Shown: one piece after another, positions 12,253 to 25,214 of the stretch
How the letters are laid out: every line of letters starts with the position of its first letter
Numbering within the stretch: position 1 is the stretch's first letter
Assembly: GCF_018350175.1 (NCBI RefSeq)
Contig: NC_058368.1
Location: forward strand, 38,380,001 to 38,444,000
Source: Felis catus
Lineage: Eukaryota
Length of the DNA: 64,000 nt
Direction: 5' to 3'
The notes under the pieces: model-generated
What the model saw: the letters and a program-made list of their open reading frames with translations, nothing else
Told to the model about the DNA's origin: nothing
Database searches by the model: none
Translations under genes and position numbers: made by a program

Positions 12253-14436
12253 TACATACATTCATATGTACATACATACATAAATTCGAGTTATTTAACA
12301 TACAGTGTAAGATCAGTTTCAGATGGAAATCACTTCCACTTAAAATAATATATATATCCAATGATTCTTTTTTTCTCATGCTTATTTTTAATAGCGGCAG
12401 CTCACGTTGATAACAGACCAAGAATTCATAATTTGTGATTAATACAAAGGCATTCAAATGATTTCCTTATTAATATTAACCCCTCTCTCTCAATGAAAGT
12501 GCACATTTTAAAAGAGATCTGAGCTTAATTCAACAATACTGCCATACATGAGATTAGCAAATTGTAGAAACTAATTCTGGGACTACAAAACATTGGTTTC
12601 CTGGCATTAATTTTAGAGAAATATATGCTTAAGTACAACATACTAAACAATATTTATTCATTTCCTGAAATGGAAATTTAAGAGGCTGACTAAAGAATAA
12701 TACACATTTTTGCCAGTTCAGAATTTAGCACTTCTTATTTGAAGAAAAAATACAATGAGATTTTAATGTCATTTTCATAGTCTTATTAACCACTTCATAA
12801 TTTTCCCCTTGATTTTAAAATTTCTAGATGTTTTAAAATAAACTGATTTTAATGTATTAACATGTAACATACATTTTTCAATAAATATCAATAGAAAAGA
12901 ATGACTTTTTTTGAGGGAGGCATAATACAGAACGTTTTACATTTGATATTTTTTCATTTAATGAAAAAAATAACTTCAAACCACAAATAAAAAACAAATG
13001 TGGAGAGAGAAAGAACTTGTAGTCCTCTCCATGATCTAAATTTTAAGGGGAAAAGATTTTGATTTGAGGGTTCAAGCTGAAATTAGACTTGATTGTATAC
13101 GTCAAATAATGTTTTATTTTTAAAAAGTCTTTCTCATAATCAATGAAACATTTAAGATTTTGACAGACTAGTACTACCAAAATAAAGTCCTATAAATGCA
13201 TTAACACGTAGTAAATTTAAAATGGCCATTTTTTGTGTGAGATATTTTATATCAGTATACATTAAGTATAAATATAAAGAATATTAAAATGATAATAATG
13301 AAATCCACTCCTGCATATCATTTAGAATGGAACCAAAATAAAATTCTTTCCAGGTAACAGTTTTCCCTGAGGATAAATTCATATATCAAAATGTCATGAT
13401 ATTTATATTGCAATTTTGCCTAGACTTTTTGCAATGCAAGGTTTTACATGATACCAATCCATCAAGATTCAATATCATTATGTTATGTCAGCTTAAAGTC
13501 CCTGAACATGATTCTAAAACTGTACACTTTCTGTGAATAAGTACAAAACAGAATAATCCCAAATAGCATGAGTACGATTGATATTAGGGGAAGAAACAAG
13601 CCTCCCCTTATTGGTGCAGAGAAATAGATCAATGAATAGGATTCTGTAGCTGAATTGTGTCACTATAACAAGTAGCTACATTTGGTAAGAGTAATACATT
13701 TAGGGAAAGCAAAGTACAAGTTTTAAAACTGTCATAAGATCTATTTCATCAAAGCTACAGCAAGCCCATGTGGCAAAATAGGTCTTACCCTTTGGCAGGA
13801 GAGAGACACCAATTCCAGACCATGGGTCTTTCATGTTGCATTTAAAAGTAAAATAAATTTTAAAAGAAAGGAACAGTATTTAAGGATAAGAACATATGAA
13901 AAGACAAGAAGGAAATATTCTGCTTTTATATAGTAAATATATTTTACCCAAAGAAGTCATTTATCTAAGTCTCAAGGACTGCAGAGTAGGACTAGTGACA
14001 AGAGGATTGTAGATTCAGGCAAAATTTGTCTCAATTCCTGCCTATTTTAAGTGATTTTCTGATATCTAGGATTTGGGAATTGATATTCGTCAGCTGGTCA
14101 ATCTAAGGATTTTAATGTAATCATGAAATTAAGGGATTCTATCCATGTTAAAAATAAACTATAATTACAGAAAAACTTTAAATTCTACCTTTGGCATAAA
14201 ATAATAATATATTTTTGAAGAAACAACAACGGTAGGGGAGAAGATAAAGTTATTAATAAAGTTATTTTGTATTTTGCCAGTGGAGTGTTAACTTAGAGTT
14301 CTTTTATTGTACCATAGCAAATGACCTTTCTAGAACAAACCAGAAAAGAATTCCTCTTTGAAATGAAATATTCTATCACTTAATTATACGCAGAATTTCT
14401 GGTACATACTCTTATTTTAAAAGAAAAGCACTTCAA

Positions 14437-14705
14437 CTCATATGAGGACTTTAAGAGACAAAACAGATGAACATAAGGGAAGCAAAAATAATATAAAAAC
14501 AGGGAGGGGACAAAACATAAAAGACTCTTAAAAAGAAAGAACAAACAGAGGGTTACTGGAGGGGTTGTGGGAGAGGGATAGGCTAAATGAGTAAGTAAGA
14601 CACGTTAAGGAATCTACTCCTAGAAATCATTGTTGCACTATATGATAATTAATTTGGATGTAAATTAAATTTAAAAAAAAAAAAAAGAGAAAAGAAAGAA
14701 AAAAC
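14437..14705 (+). mobile_element. 5'-truncated carnivore/felid L1 3' UTR with TSD
   Basis: ttaagagacaaaacagatgaacataaggga...gagggttactggagggg..., A-tail. TSD aaagaaaagcacttcaa (14420-14436) / aaagagaatcacttcaa (14706-14722). Confidence 0.9.
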
Positions 14706-17042
14706 AAAGAGAATCACTTCAATTGCATCCTGGAAAAGCAGAGCTACATGATTGCTCTCAAGTGGTAGTCTGCCCAAAAGCAGAATAGGTAGGTGGGTTT
14801 GAATTTTTAGTATTATTCCTTAATGCTCTTTTCACAAATAGATGAAGACTAATCTAGGAGACTAATTTACCCAAGGAATTAAAATAAGCCAGTTAGTGAC
14901 TCCTCCCAACAAAACTACCGTATTCTATCCACGTCACACGTGGAAATTAATGTTGTGACCTTGAAGACATTACAGATCAAGAGGTGGGTTCGGTGACTTC
15001 AAAAATAAAGCTGACTGATCCCAGAATGCCCTGAAAAAGATCCACCGGATACAGAGAATCCTAACATTTACTTACAAGAACGGGTTTCAAATGTTTGATA
15101 ACAATCCCTACCTAAAATTCAGATCAACTGGTAATTTCTGGAGGTAACGAACATTCAGTTACCTTAGATTTTAAATGCTCATTTGAGTGTCATCTATGAG
15201 CTACAGTTGTACTTGATTGTTTCCGACAATGGTGCGCTCAATGTAGGCAAATGCATACGAAAAGAGGAGGAAGCAGCAGCATAGGATTTGTGAGAAGAAA
15301 TATCTTTAGACAGCCTGAATTCAATTCTGAATTCAGAAACTCTGAATACACTAAAAATACCCCTGTCTACATCCAGATATGGCACTCAGACAGATTGGCA
15401 AGCAATAGATTAGAATGGAAAATATAATGAGAATTATGGCAATGCTATTTTGACTATAAATTCTCATTAATTGACATAGTTATCAACATTCCACTACTAT
15501 GTCCTATAAGATAGGTTTTAAAGAATGTTTTCCAGTAGTTAATTCTGCATCCAGCAAAAGCAAGTAGACAGCAAAATGTTGCTTCTATGATCCCACTCCC
15601 CACCTCCCACATGAGAATATAATTTTGAATGATTTGGAACGGATCTTCATTCGGCAGGTGAGCCTGCTGTAGTGATTATAAATTCCATTTATAATATTCA
15701 AACTGCTAGAAGAATTTTATGGATTATGGCTGTGAGTAGAATTTACTGTCCAGAGAATGTTATCCTTAATTTAGTGACCAAACTAGCCTCTAATTTATTT
15801 CTTGAAGCTTCTACAAGAATAAAATCTTTTTTTTTTTAACAAAAGATCTCATGGGTGCTTTTTTCTTATCATATTTAAAATATTTGGTTCAAAGGTCAGT
15901 GTTTTTATAGCTGTGGTGATACAGTAGAGTTATTTAACTGGCACAAAATCCATTTAAAACAAAGGAACAGAGAAATCATCATATACTCATAGATCTTTGC
16001 TGATGTACCATTAATTGAATGCTGTGCTTAATTTATGTTTTCTGCTATTTTTCAAGCCTACTATCAATATTAAACCTCAAGTATGTGTTTATCTCTAGGA
16101 ATAGATTAGAAGTCATTCATTTTATGGACTCTGAAGATGACTGTGAGACGTTTTATTATCTTTCCGGTCCCTCCTTAGAGCAGAGGCTTTGATACAGCTA
16201 GGGAATCTTTTCTCACAGTGTCCTGGGCACTATGACAGCATAGACCAACCACCAACACCATTGAGTTCACCATCATTAACATAAACTCAGTTCCCAAAAA
16301 ATTATTTTGGCATATTTTTGTCCACAAAGTGGAGGTAATAACTTTGAGAATAAGCAAGTAGAATATAAGCTTGATTATTACACTTCAGATTGAAGAACTT
16401 TAGAGAAACTAAGGCCTATGCTTTATAGGGAAACTTCCACTCCAAATGCCCTACTTGGAACCCTATGGGAGTTGAGGTGTTTTCCAGTGAAGAAGAAATT
16501 AAAACGTGCTGAGACAATATTGGTGAGTTGAGATAATCCCCACTTTTGGGCCCACTGAAATTTTGAGAGATGTAACAATTTTGTTTTCTCAATACTTCAG
16601 CATGAAGTGTCAGAGAATCATAGTGAATCTCACTGACTCACTTTGAGTTATTTATTAAAAACTCTCATTAGCATTTGATGAATCATTCTCATCAGTGCTT
16701 AGAGAGTCTCAAGACTTTCATACCTATTATATATCACTTAACAGCAAGTTTTAGTCAAGTAAAAAATTAATTCTGCCAAATTTCAATCTAAAATTTGGGA
16801 GTAATATTGGCAAAAGGAGAATATTATCCAATGGCATACATGATTGAAGTCTCAAAGTGACAACAGAAATAAAAGATTTTATCATCTAAAATGAAAATGG
16901 TTAAAATTTAATCTTTGGTCAACGTAAAATTGACACTAGGCATTTTCTAGGTTATAACATTTGACAAATACTTACATGCTCAAAGAATTTATTATTAAAA
17001 TTATAGTTTCCTGATAAATTTATCAATGACTGATATTTTATG

Positions 17043-17313
17043 TTAAGAAACAAAACAGATGATCATAGGGGAAGGGCGGGGGGAAGAGAGAGGGAAGCAA
17101 ACCATAAGAGATTCTTAACTATAGAGAACCAACTGAGGCTTGCTGGAAGGGAGGTGGTTGGGTGATGGGCTAAATCAGTGATGGGTATTAAGGAGGGCAC
17201 TTGTGATGAGCACTGGGTGTTGCATGTAAGTGATGAATCAGTCACTGAATTCTCCTGAACCACTACTGCACTATATGTTAACTAACTAGAATTAAAATAG
17301 AGATGAAAAAAAA
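17043..17313 (+). mobile_element. Carnivore L1 3' UTR
   Basis: ttaagaaacaaaacagatgatcatagggg...gtgatgagcactgggtgttgcatgtaagtgatgaatca...tatgttaactaactagaatt. Confidence 0.9.
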
Positions 17314-18089
17314 TAGTAAAATAATAGCATAAAATGCATTTACGGAATTCATTGAGACCAGGTATCACCTTCAAAGAGGTGTTCAAAAAAATGTTTTATC
17401 TCTCCCATTATGGTTTTAGGAAGTCCCTGAAGCCCTAATATATTAACATTTTTTGTTATTGTTCACCGAGTCATAGTTTCTATCTCTGGATATCTTTTAA
17501 GCATGTATATCTGAGTATGTTGATAAGTTACTTTTTTTTCATTTCCTACAATAGAAGAAGAGTGGCCTTTTGTGCAACAGATAGGAAGAAAAAATGACTT
17601 TTTGATGTTTCACAGCTTCAAAGTCTTTCTGTACATGCTATTTTCTTTAGCTTTGGTATCAGACTTTAAAAAAATGTGCATTTTCTAAATAGGACAACTT
17701 TGTGGGTACTAATAAATCAAAGGCGTGAATTTGACCATCAAGGAGGAATAGAAAATGTTCACCTGCAAAAAAACGCTACAGACACAAGCTACTAACTATA
17801 TCCAAACATTTAGAAAGCATTTTACATACTGTACAGAGTCCATTCATGGAGGGAGAGGGAAGTTTGACAACTCTAAAATCACTGAAAAATTATGAGGTTC
17901 ATTTCATTTACTCTGTTTCTGAAAGAGTCAGCTAAATTATGAGGTGGTTAAATAATAAATTGTTAAATTATCATCATCATTTAACCAGGGAGAGATTCTA
18001 AGACTTCCTGGTGTGCCTATGACACCAATCCACATACCAGTGTAAAAGTCTGCAATCACAATGTCACTGGGTCATTATGAAAGTTTTAC

Positions 18090-18460
18090 ACTCAGATAGA
18101 TCTCAAACTGAATTCAACATCCATTGGCTCGGCAGATTCCTCATTCTTTGCTTAAATATCAAAACTGTCATCTCTTTGGTTTCTCAAACCAAAGACCTAA
18201 AGGATGTATCCTAGGCTTTGCCTTTTTTCCCCATCCAATCTCATGTAATCAGTCACAAAATCATGTTTCTAGTTTCTTATTACCTGTAATAATGGTCATC
18301 CCCATGCCCCATCATTTTTTATTCAGGCCCTTGTTACTTTTCACTGATTGTGAAACAGTACCCAACATGTCTTTCTGCATATGGGTTTGCCCGTGTCTAA
18401 CCGATAGCTAAGCGGTTTTGGAGAATAGACATTCCATCGTGTCATTCTGAGTATGGTATT
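18090..18460 (+). mobile_element. L2 fragment
   Basis: tctcaaactgaattc...tctcaaaccaaagacctaa...aatcagtcacaaaatcatg...attcaggcccttgttactttt resembles the L2 3' region. Confidence 0.5.
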
Positions 18461-18877
18461 TTGATGGGCATTCAAGAACCAATAACCTTCAGAGAAAGTT
18501 CATTCAACTAATATTTGTGTGTGTATACTATATGGCCGACACAGTTCTTGGGCCTCTGTGTCCAACAGTGAGCAATACGACAAGTTAGAAGAGAAAGAGG
18601 TATAAGAAAAGGGAAAGAGAAGATGTAAGAGGAAGAAGAAGAGGAGGAGGAGAGAGGGAAGACAAATGTTCAAACCCCTTTGCAAACAAGAACTTTTACT
18701 ATTTTCTCTAGGTTTAGATAGGTAAGCTAGAGCACACTCACAGCCAGCACAGGGCTCATATTTAATATACTTCTGAGCTAATTTCCTCATTTTTACTTGA
18801 AAAATGAAGTTCCTAAATGCATTCTATTGCAATGCAGTTTATTTCATTTTAAAACCCATTTTTTAATTCTTGGAAAT

Positions 18878-18945
18878 AGATTCATTGAGCACTTCCCATA
18901 TACAAAGCACGGTACTAGGCACTGTAGAGATGTGAAAAACAGGTT
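18878..18945 (-). mobile_element. L2 3' end fragment
   Basis: ttcattgagcacttcccatatacaaagcacggtactaggcactgtagagatgtg. Confidence 0.55.
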
Positions 18946-19282
18946 TAGTAAAAGAGAAAATCCGTACTCATAAATAGCAGTAATAAAAGGATACAGGTAA
19001 GTGTGTCTTACAGTAATAATAAAACATTCTAGAAATTTAAAGAATAGAAAAATTGCCTTTTGAAGAAAACATTGGCATGTAGGAAAATCTATTTTAGTTA
19101 ATCACTGAACATGTATGAGATACAGAGAATAGCTTTCCAGAACAAAATATCAAGAATGAAATAAAAAACAAATTAGGAAATTTATAAGTATAGTTGTTCA
19201 GCTTAAGTTCATATTCTGAAGTTGTTGGCTGCTAAAGTTGTCTTTATAATTAGTTGCATAACTAATTAGGAGCCTGAGAGAT

Positions 19283-19511
19283 TTTTTTTTTCAATATATG
19301 AAACTTATTGTCAAATTGGTTTCCATACAACACCCAGTGCTCATCCCAAAAGATGCCCTCCTCAATGCCCATCCCCCACCCACCCCCTCCCTCCCACCCC
19401 CCATCAAGCCTCAGTTTGTTCTCAGGTTTTAAGAATCTCTTATGCTTTGGCTCTCTCCCACTCTAACCTTTTTTGTTTTCCTTCCCTTCCCCCATGGGTT
19501 TCTGTTAAGTT
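19283..19511 (-). mobile_element. 5'-truncated felid L1 3' UTR with TSD
   Basis: Reverse complement of the same UTR type as 6513-6747. TSD ctgagagat at 19274-19282 and 19512-19520. Confidence 0.92.
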
Positions 19512-19822
19512 CTGAGAGATCGTTTAATAGAAAATGGAGATTGTCAAAACTATCCTTCAAGAAAAATAATTTATCATATCAACAGTATTTTAAGAATGAG
19601 AATTTTTAATGAAGGTCATTCAGAGTAGAGAGGACACACATGTAGAGTGGTGAAAATCTAACGGAGAGGAAAAGATTCCAGAGGGAGAGGGGACACGTAC
19701 TGTACAAAGTTTTCTGAAGATGTTTGTGTAGATGAGGAAATAGTGGAGAAGTGTACTTAAGGAGTGAGACAGAATATTCATTAATAATAACAGCATATTA
19801 TAAAGTCAGTATTTTTTCAGTC

Positions 19823-19826
19823 TTTT

Positions 19827-19880
<54 letters not shown>

Positions 19881-20057
19881 CAAAAGCACACACAAGTGAG
19901 TGGGGGAGAGGGGCAAAGGGAGAGAGAGAGGATCCCAAGCAGCCTCCACACACACCATGGAGCCTAACTCAGGGTTTGATCCCATGGCCCCTGCGATCGT
20001 GACATGAGCCAAAATCAAGAGTCCGATGCTCAACCACCTAAACCGCTCAGGCACCCC
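19823..20057 (-). mobile_element. Can-SINE containing (GA)~24
   Basis: aaaatcaagagtccgatgctcaacc...caggcacccc, with tcagtc on both flanks. Confidence 0.94.
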
Positions 20058-20074
20058 TCAGTCATGTTTTTAAC

Positions 20075-20205
20075 AACTACCTTATGCTTTCACTGTGAAA
20101 AATATTACCTTTGTCCCCAGAGAGAACAGAAGATTAGAAAAATTAAGTAATTTTCCCTAGGGTCACATAGACAATAAACAGGTAAAATTCAAGTTTCAAC
20201 TCTTA
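20075..20205 (-). mobile_element. MIR fragment
   Basis: agattagaaaaattaagtaattttccctagggtcacatag matches the reverse complement of the MIR core. Confidence 0.55.
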
Positions 20206-21140
20206 TATTTTCCTTACAATTTCAGTGTTCTAGCAATGTAAAAGTGTGCAGAGCTCCACATTAAAAAATGTGGAGGATATGGTGAATAAGTCTTACTGCC
20301 TTTCTACAGAGTTAATTACACTATTTAGTATCAATAATGAGACGATGTAATGGAGATTCCAAGTATAATAAGTAGAAAAAAAGTTGAATTCACTTTAACT
20401 CATTTGACTACATAGACAGAAAACTACATAAAGAAAATGGCAATTATGCTAAAATATGAAAGATTACCAGAATCTCTACTAGTAAAGAGAGAGGAGGTAT
20501 AAGAAACATTATTACAAATTATTACAAATGAAGGAAATAAAAAGGAAACAATTATGTTCTGGAAAAGTGAGCGTGCCTTTTGAAGGCCAGCTCAATGTTA
20601 TCTAGCCATGGTGAAGCCTTTCAAAATTTCTCTGTCAGTGCTTGACATGATCAGAAATATGCATTGGGATGATAATTGTTTTTGTGTAAGCAAGAGGGAT
20701 TGACTGTGGGAGAAGTGGGGCTCTGTGGGTATGTTTGAGTGTAAAAGATTTAGGGCTTCAAGGAATTTATTTCCAAGGAACCATAGGAATTAAGAAGAGG
20801 CCTAATAACACACAATACAGAGGTTAGAAACAGAAAATTAAATACATATACACATTTGTCCTCTGAGCTAGTTGGAAATTAGGAGAGAGCAAGTGAAAAT
20901 ACGGACAGATACTGAGGAAATGACAGAAGATGATTCCCGTCAGATATTCTCAAATTCATAGCTTTCAAATAAATAAAAAATTCCCTGAAAATAGTGATCA
21001 ACAAGGATTGTAAATAACTTAATGTTTAACTGAACGTTACTGACTATAATAGCCATTGGATGCTCCCAGTTCTGCCTTGTGGAATACCATCAATGTATGC
21101 TCATGCATCAAATGTTTCTCATACTGTTTTGGTCTAAGTT

Positions 21141-21317
21141 GTTAAATTTATTTATTTTAAGTGAGTGAGAGCAAATAGGGGAGGGGCAGAGAGAGAGGGA
21201 GACAGAGAATCCCAAGCAGGATCCACACTGTCAGCACACAGCCCAATGCAGGGCTCCATCTCATGAACCGAGAGTCCAAGAGTCGAACGCCCAATCGACT
21301 GAGCCACCCAGGCACCC
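21141..21317 (-). mobile_element. Can-SINE
   Basis: ggggaggggcagagagagagggagacagagaatcccaagcagg...cgactgagccacccaggcaccc. Confidence 0.94.
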
Positions 21318-22918
21318 ATCTCACATGGGCTTTGGCAGAAAGCATGCTAATTCCATCTCTCCTTCTATAATTCTATTACAGCCATCATGTTTTGCTCTTA
21401 GCTATTCTTGCCATCCCTTCCTGGGTATCTATGTTCCTCTAGACTTCAGAACATTAGACTTGATACTGTGTATCATGTGAATGTCTACATACATTTAAAC
21501 ATCATCAGTGAAATTCCAGAGCTTAAAATCCCTTTGAATGTTACCAGGATTACCTTCAAAGTGCCATATGTAATTTTGAGGGAAAAGCTGAAATTCTAAA
21601 ATCAAAGTACGTATTGCAGATAAACACATGATTCTTTAATATACACTGTGAAATTTTTAATGTCTTTTTTGCACAAGTTGTAAGTATTATCCAAATTTTA
21701 TCAAGCCTATGATACATTAGGTTATTTCTTTCAAATAAATTGGATTATAACCGTAATATGAAACCATGGAATAAAAACCTAAAATGTCTAATGAAAGCCT
21801 GTGGTATTTCTTAAAAATTGATTAAATTTGCCTTAAGATGGCAGTATTGGTCTTCTTAAGATTTTTAAAAGTTAAAAAAAAAGCCTTCAGGAGGAAAGCA
21901 TAGGCTTTCTAAACACTGTCTTAGCCTTATATAGACACAGAAACCCATGCTTACCAAAGAATGCAGCAAATGTAATATACATACAGATTAAACTTAAAGT
22001 CTATACAAACAGTGATAATAGTTAAAAACACAAGCAGTGCAAATCTGATTGACATGTTAGTTAATTAAAAGCAACAAGGAGAAAAGGTTTTGGATCACAG
22101 AGGGGATTACACACAGTGACGAGTCTTCTAAATTATTTTGTTTCAGTGAAGAAGGAAGAATCAATAAATGAAATTAAAAACAAACAAACAAAATCCTCCA
22201 GGAAAATATTCCCTTAAATAAAGGTAATAAAAATACCAGTTTATATAAAAAAATATCTAATCAGGCAGAAGCTAAATTATGATATTTAAAAATGAGATGT
22301 ATAATTGTATGAAAGGGTAAAGATTCCTGATTACCAGGTGCCGGGGAGTACTTTTCACACAAGTTTCATTAACATTCAGTGTGACTGACCCATGTTTGGT
22401 CAAAAGCCTTACAAAGCTTTACAGCCTGATTAATTTGAGATATAAAATGCAGCAACCCTTACTTCCTCAAAGTTTCCGAGTTATTCAGTAGAGCCTATCA
22501 ACACTTCCAACATCCAAGTCAAAGTCTTAAACAGTCTAGAGGGTAGAAATGACAATGATTTTACAGTCTCATTTTAGATCACTTTTATAAAAAAAAAATT
22601 AAAGCAGCTAAAGGCACAATGGTAAAGAAGTTCATACTAAAAAGTGTTTTTAGGGACTATAATGCAATACATTACATACAATGTATTATTCCATCAGTAT
22701 AATTGTTTACTTTATCAATTTTAATCTTATCTATAGCTAAACAAGCAGGATGTTCTGTGTCATTTAATATTTTAAGATCTTTTGAATCAAATCTACTTTC
22801 CTCAGCTAACTTTGACCATCTTACAAATCTCAGGCCTTCTCACTTCACCCTTACCTAACTTTATACCTCAACAGCCATAAGAACCAGAATATATTGGTTT
22901 AAAAAAATTGTAAGCATT

Positions 22919-23137
22919 GGGGCGCCTGGGTGGCTCAGTCGGTTAAGCGTCCGACTTCGGCTCAGGTCACGATCTCACAGTCCGTGAGTTCGAGCCCCAC
23001 GTTGGGCTCTGTGCTGACCGCTCAGAGCCTGGAGCCTGTTTCCGATTCTGTGTCTCCCTCTCTCTCTGACCCTCCCCCGTTCATGCTCTGTCTCTCTCTG
23101 TCTCAAAAATAAATAAACGTTAAAAAAAATTTTTTTT
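22919..23137 (+). mobile_element. Young felid Can-SINE with perfect TSD
   Basis: CpG-rich head ggggcgcctgggtggctcagtcggttaagcgtccgacttcggc. TSD aaaaattgtaagcat at 22903-22917 and 23138-23152. Confidence 0.97.
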
Positions 23138-23151
23138 AAAAATTGTAAGCA

Positions 23152-23237
23152 TCAAAATACATATATCTGTTGTATTCTTCCAAGGACATTTTTCTCAAAA
23201 TACATATATCTATTGTACTTTTCTAAGGACATTTTTC
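23152..23237. repeat. 43-bp tandem duplication (2 copies, 4 mismatches)
   Basis: tcaaaatacatatatctgttgtattcttccaaggacatttttc / tcaaaatacatatatctattgtacttttctaaggacatttttc. Confidence 0.93.
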
Positions 23238-24051
23238 TACATAATATTAACTTCCTGTAGGCTTTAAGTAGATTGTATACTATTTCTGAAATATCATTTA
23301 TAACATAATCTCACATACCTTGGAACAATTATCTAGTCACCAAATTACCATGATTATCACATGTACTCAACATAAATTTGACACAAGGACCAGTGTGCAG
23401 AGCAAATGGATGGGATCTTAACAAGGAAATAAAAGAATTATAATCATTAATTCGAATACAGAAGGTGTAATTTGAGGTAGCAGGGTCCATAGTAAAAATA
23501 TAAGTTAAAATCTACCCCCCCCCTTTGGAATTAGACAAAGAGATGAATAAAATGTAAAATTGTCCCCAGAAATTAGAAAATCATTTGTTCAAACTCCCCA
23601 AATGCTTCCATTACTAGTGATTTCACAACTTGGACAGGAATAGCTTGTCCCATCAGAAGACAACTCAAAAGTTAAGCATGTTTGCTAAAATTCCAAATTG
23701 CAAAATGATTCCCCAAGACTTCTAGACATTAGTAGATGCTCAGCTCCTCAGAGTTAACCCATCATGGTTGAGTTTATGTCTTCTCTCACACTACCCACAA
23801 TATAGTGTATGGTTTTGTTTTCAAGAATATTTTATACACTTTTTCTCTCAAAAAGATGATTTTTATTTTTCTTATCAGAAAAAAATGTTTGACACTTGAA
23901 AATAAGACAAAAAGGTAGTGCATCCTTTTATTATCATCGGAGGGCTTTGCCTCCGTACGCAATACTTAGTAAATTGTATTTAGTTGATATCTTTGTTTAC
24001 TCTTGATTAAAGGTCTAAGATAGTAATATCACTTTTTTTGGTGTCTAGGAA

Positions 24052-24210
24052 TTTTTAATTTCGGTTTTATTAAGGTATAATTGACATATAAAATTGTTAT
24101 CTATTTAATATGTACACCATCGTAATTTGATTGTGTATATATTGTGAAAGGTTATCCCTATCAATACATCCATTACCCCACACACACAAATATTTGTATC
24201 TGTTTACACC

Positions 24211-24292
<82 letters not shown>

Positions 24293-24445
24293 TGAGAACA
24301 TTTAAGTTCTACTCTTAGCAAATTCCAATGATACAATATGGTGTTATCAACTATAGTCACCATGTTTTACACTAGATCTTCAGACTTTATTCATCTAAAG
24401 CTGGAGATATGTACCCCTTCACCCCCCTCCTTCATTTCCCTGTCC
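24052..24445 (-). mobile_element. L1 3' UTR (L1MA/early carnivore type) with internal compound microsatellite
   Basis: ttttattaaggtataattgacatat...gagaacatttaagttctactcttagcaaatt...ctatagtcaccatg. Confidence 0.88.
24211..24292. repeat. Compound (TG)n(TA)n(CA)n(TA)n(CA)n microsatellite
   Basis: 82 bp of uninterrupted alternating purine-pyrimidine sequence. Confidence 0.95.
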
Positions 24446-24521
24446 ATTTAATATCACTTAAGTACTGATTTTAGTCTGAAAAAATGCATATAATATCTGC
24501 CCAGTGAAAAACAATAATACC

Positions 24522-24717
24522 TTTTTTTTTTTTTTTTGAAAGAGAGAGAGAGTGAGCAAGCATCAGCAGGGGAGAGGGGCCAAGAGAGAATGAATCTTAG
24601 GCAGGGTCCAGGCTCACCATGGAGCCCAACATAGAGCTTTATCGTACAACCCTACAATCATGACCTGAGCCAAAATCAAGAGTCAGATGCTCAACTGACT
24701 GAGCCACCCAGGTGCCC
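24522..24717 (-). mobile_element. Can-SINE, older type (copy a of triple cluster)
   Basis: aaaatcaagagtcagatgctcaactgactgagccacccaggtgccc, with poly-T on the left. Confidence 0.94.
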
Positions 24718-24740
24718 ACAGATTATACCTAATTCTTTTT

Positions 24741-24973
24741 TTATTTTTTTATTTAAAAAAAATTTTTTTTCAACGTTTATTTATTTTTGGGACAGAGAGA
24801 GACAGAGCATGAACGGGGGAGGGGCAGAGAGAGAGGGAGACACAGAATCGGAAACAGGCTCCAGGCTCTGAGCCATCAACCCAGAGCCTGACGCGGGGCT
24901 CGAACTCATGGACTGCGAGATCGTGACCTGGCTGAAATCGGAGGCTTAACCGACTGCGCCACCCAGGCGCCCC
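24741..24973 (-). mobile_element. Young felid Can-SINE (copy b of triple cluster)
   Basis: cttaaccgactgcgccacccaggcgcccc. TSD acctaattcttttt at 24727-24740 and 24974-24987. Confidence 0.97.
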
Positions 24974-24989
24974 ACCTAATTCTTTTTTT

Positions 24990-25214
24990 AATTAAAAAAA
25001 AATTTTTTTTAAGCTTTATTCATTTTTCAGAGACAGAGAGAGACAGAACATAAGGTGGGGAGGGCCAGAGAGAGAGGGAGACACAGAATCTGAAGCAGGC
25101 TCCAGGCTCTGAGCCATCAGCACAGAGCCGGACATGGGGCTTCAACCCACAGACTGTGAGATCGTGACCTGAGCTGAAGTCAGATGTCCAACTGACTGAG
25201 CCACCCAGGCGCCC
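24990..25214 (-). mobile_element. Can-SINE (copy c of triple cluster)
   Basis: gagctgaagtcagatgtccaactgactgagccacccaggcgccc, followed by atgatacctaattctt. Confidence 0.95.

Noticed and set aside
13783..13812. U1 snRNA-like string cttaccctttggcaggagagagacacca
   Set aside because: Similarity is short, gapped and does not continue into the rest of U1. More likely an ancient LINE tail or chance.
15076..15111. 36-nt minus-strand exon pattern ending CTT|gtaagt
   Set aside because: The acceptor (gatctgaattttag) has a poor pyrimidine tract, and using the upstream acceptor gives stops in all frames.
22919..23000. tRNA-like A/B boxes in SINE heads
   Set aside because: They belong to tRNA-derived Can-SINEs and are not tRNA genes.
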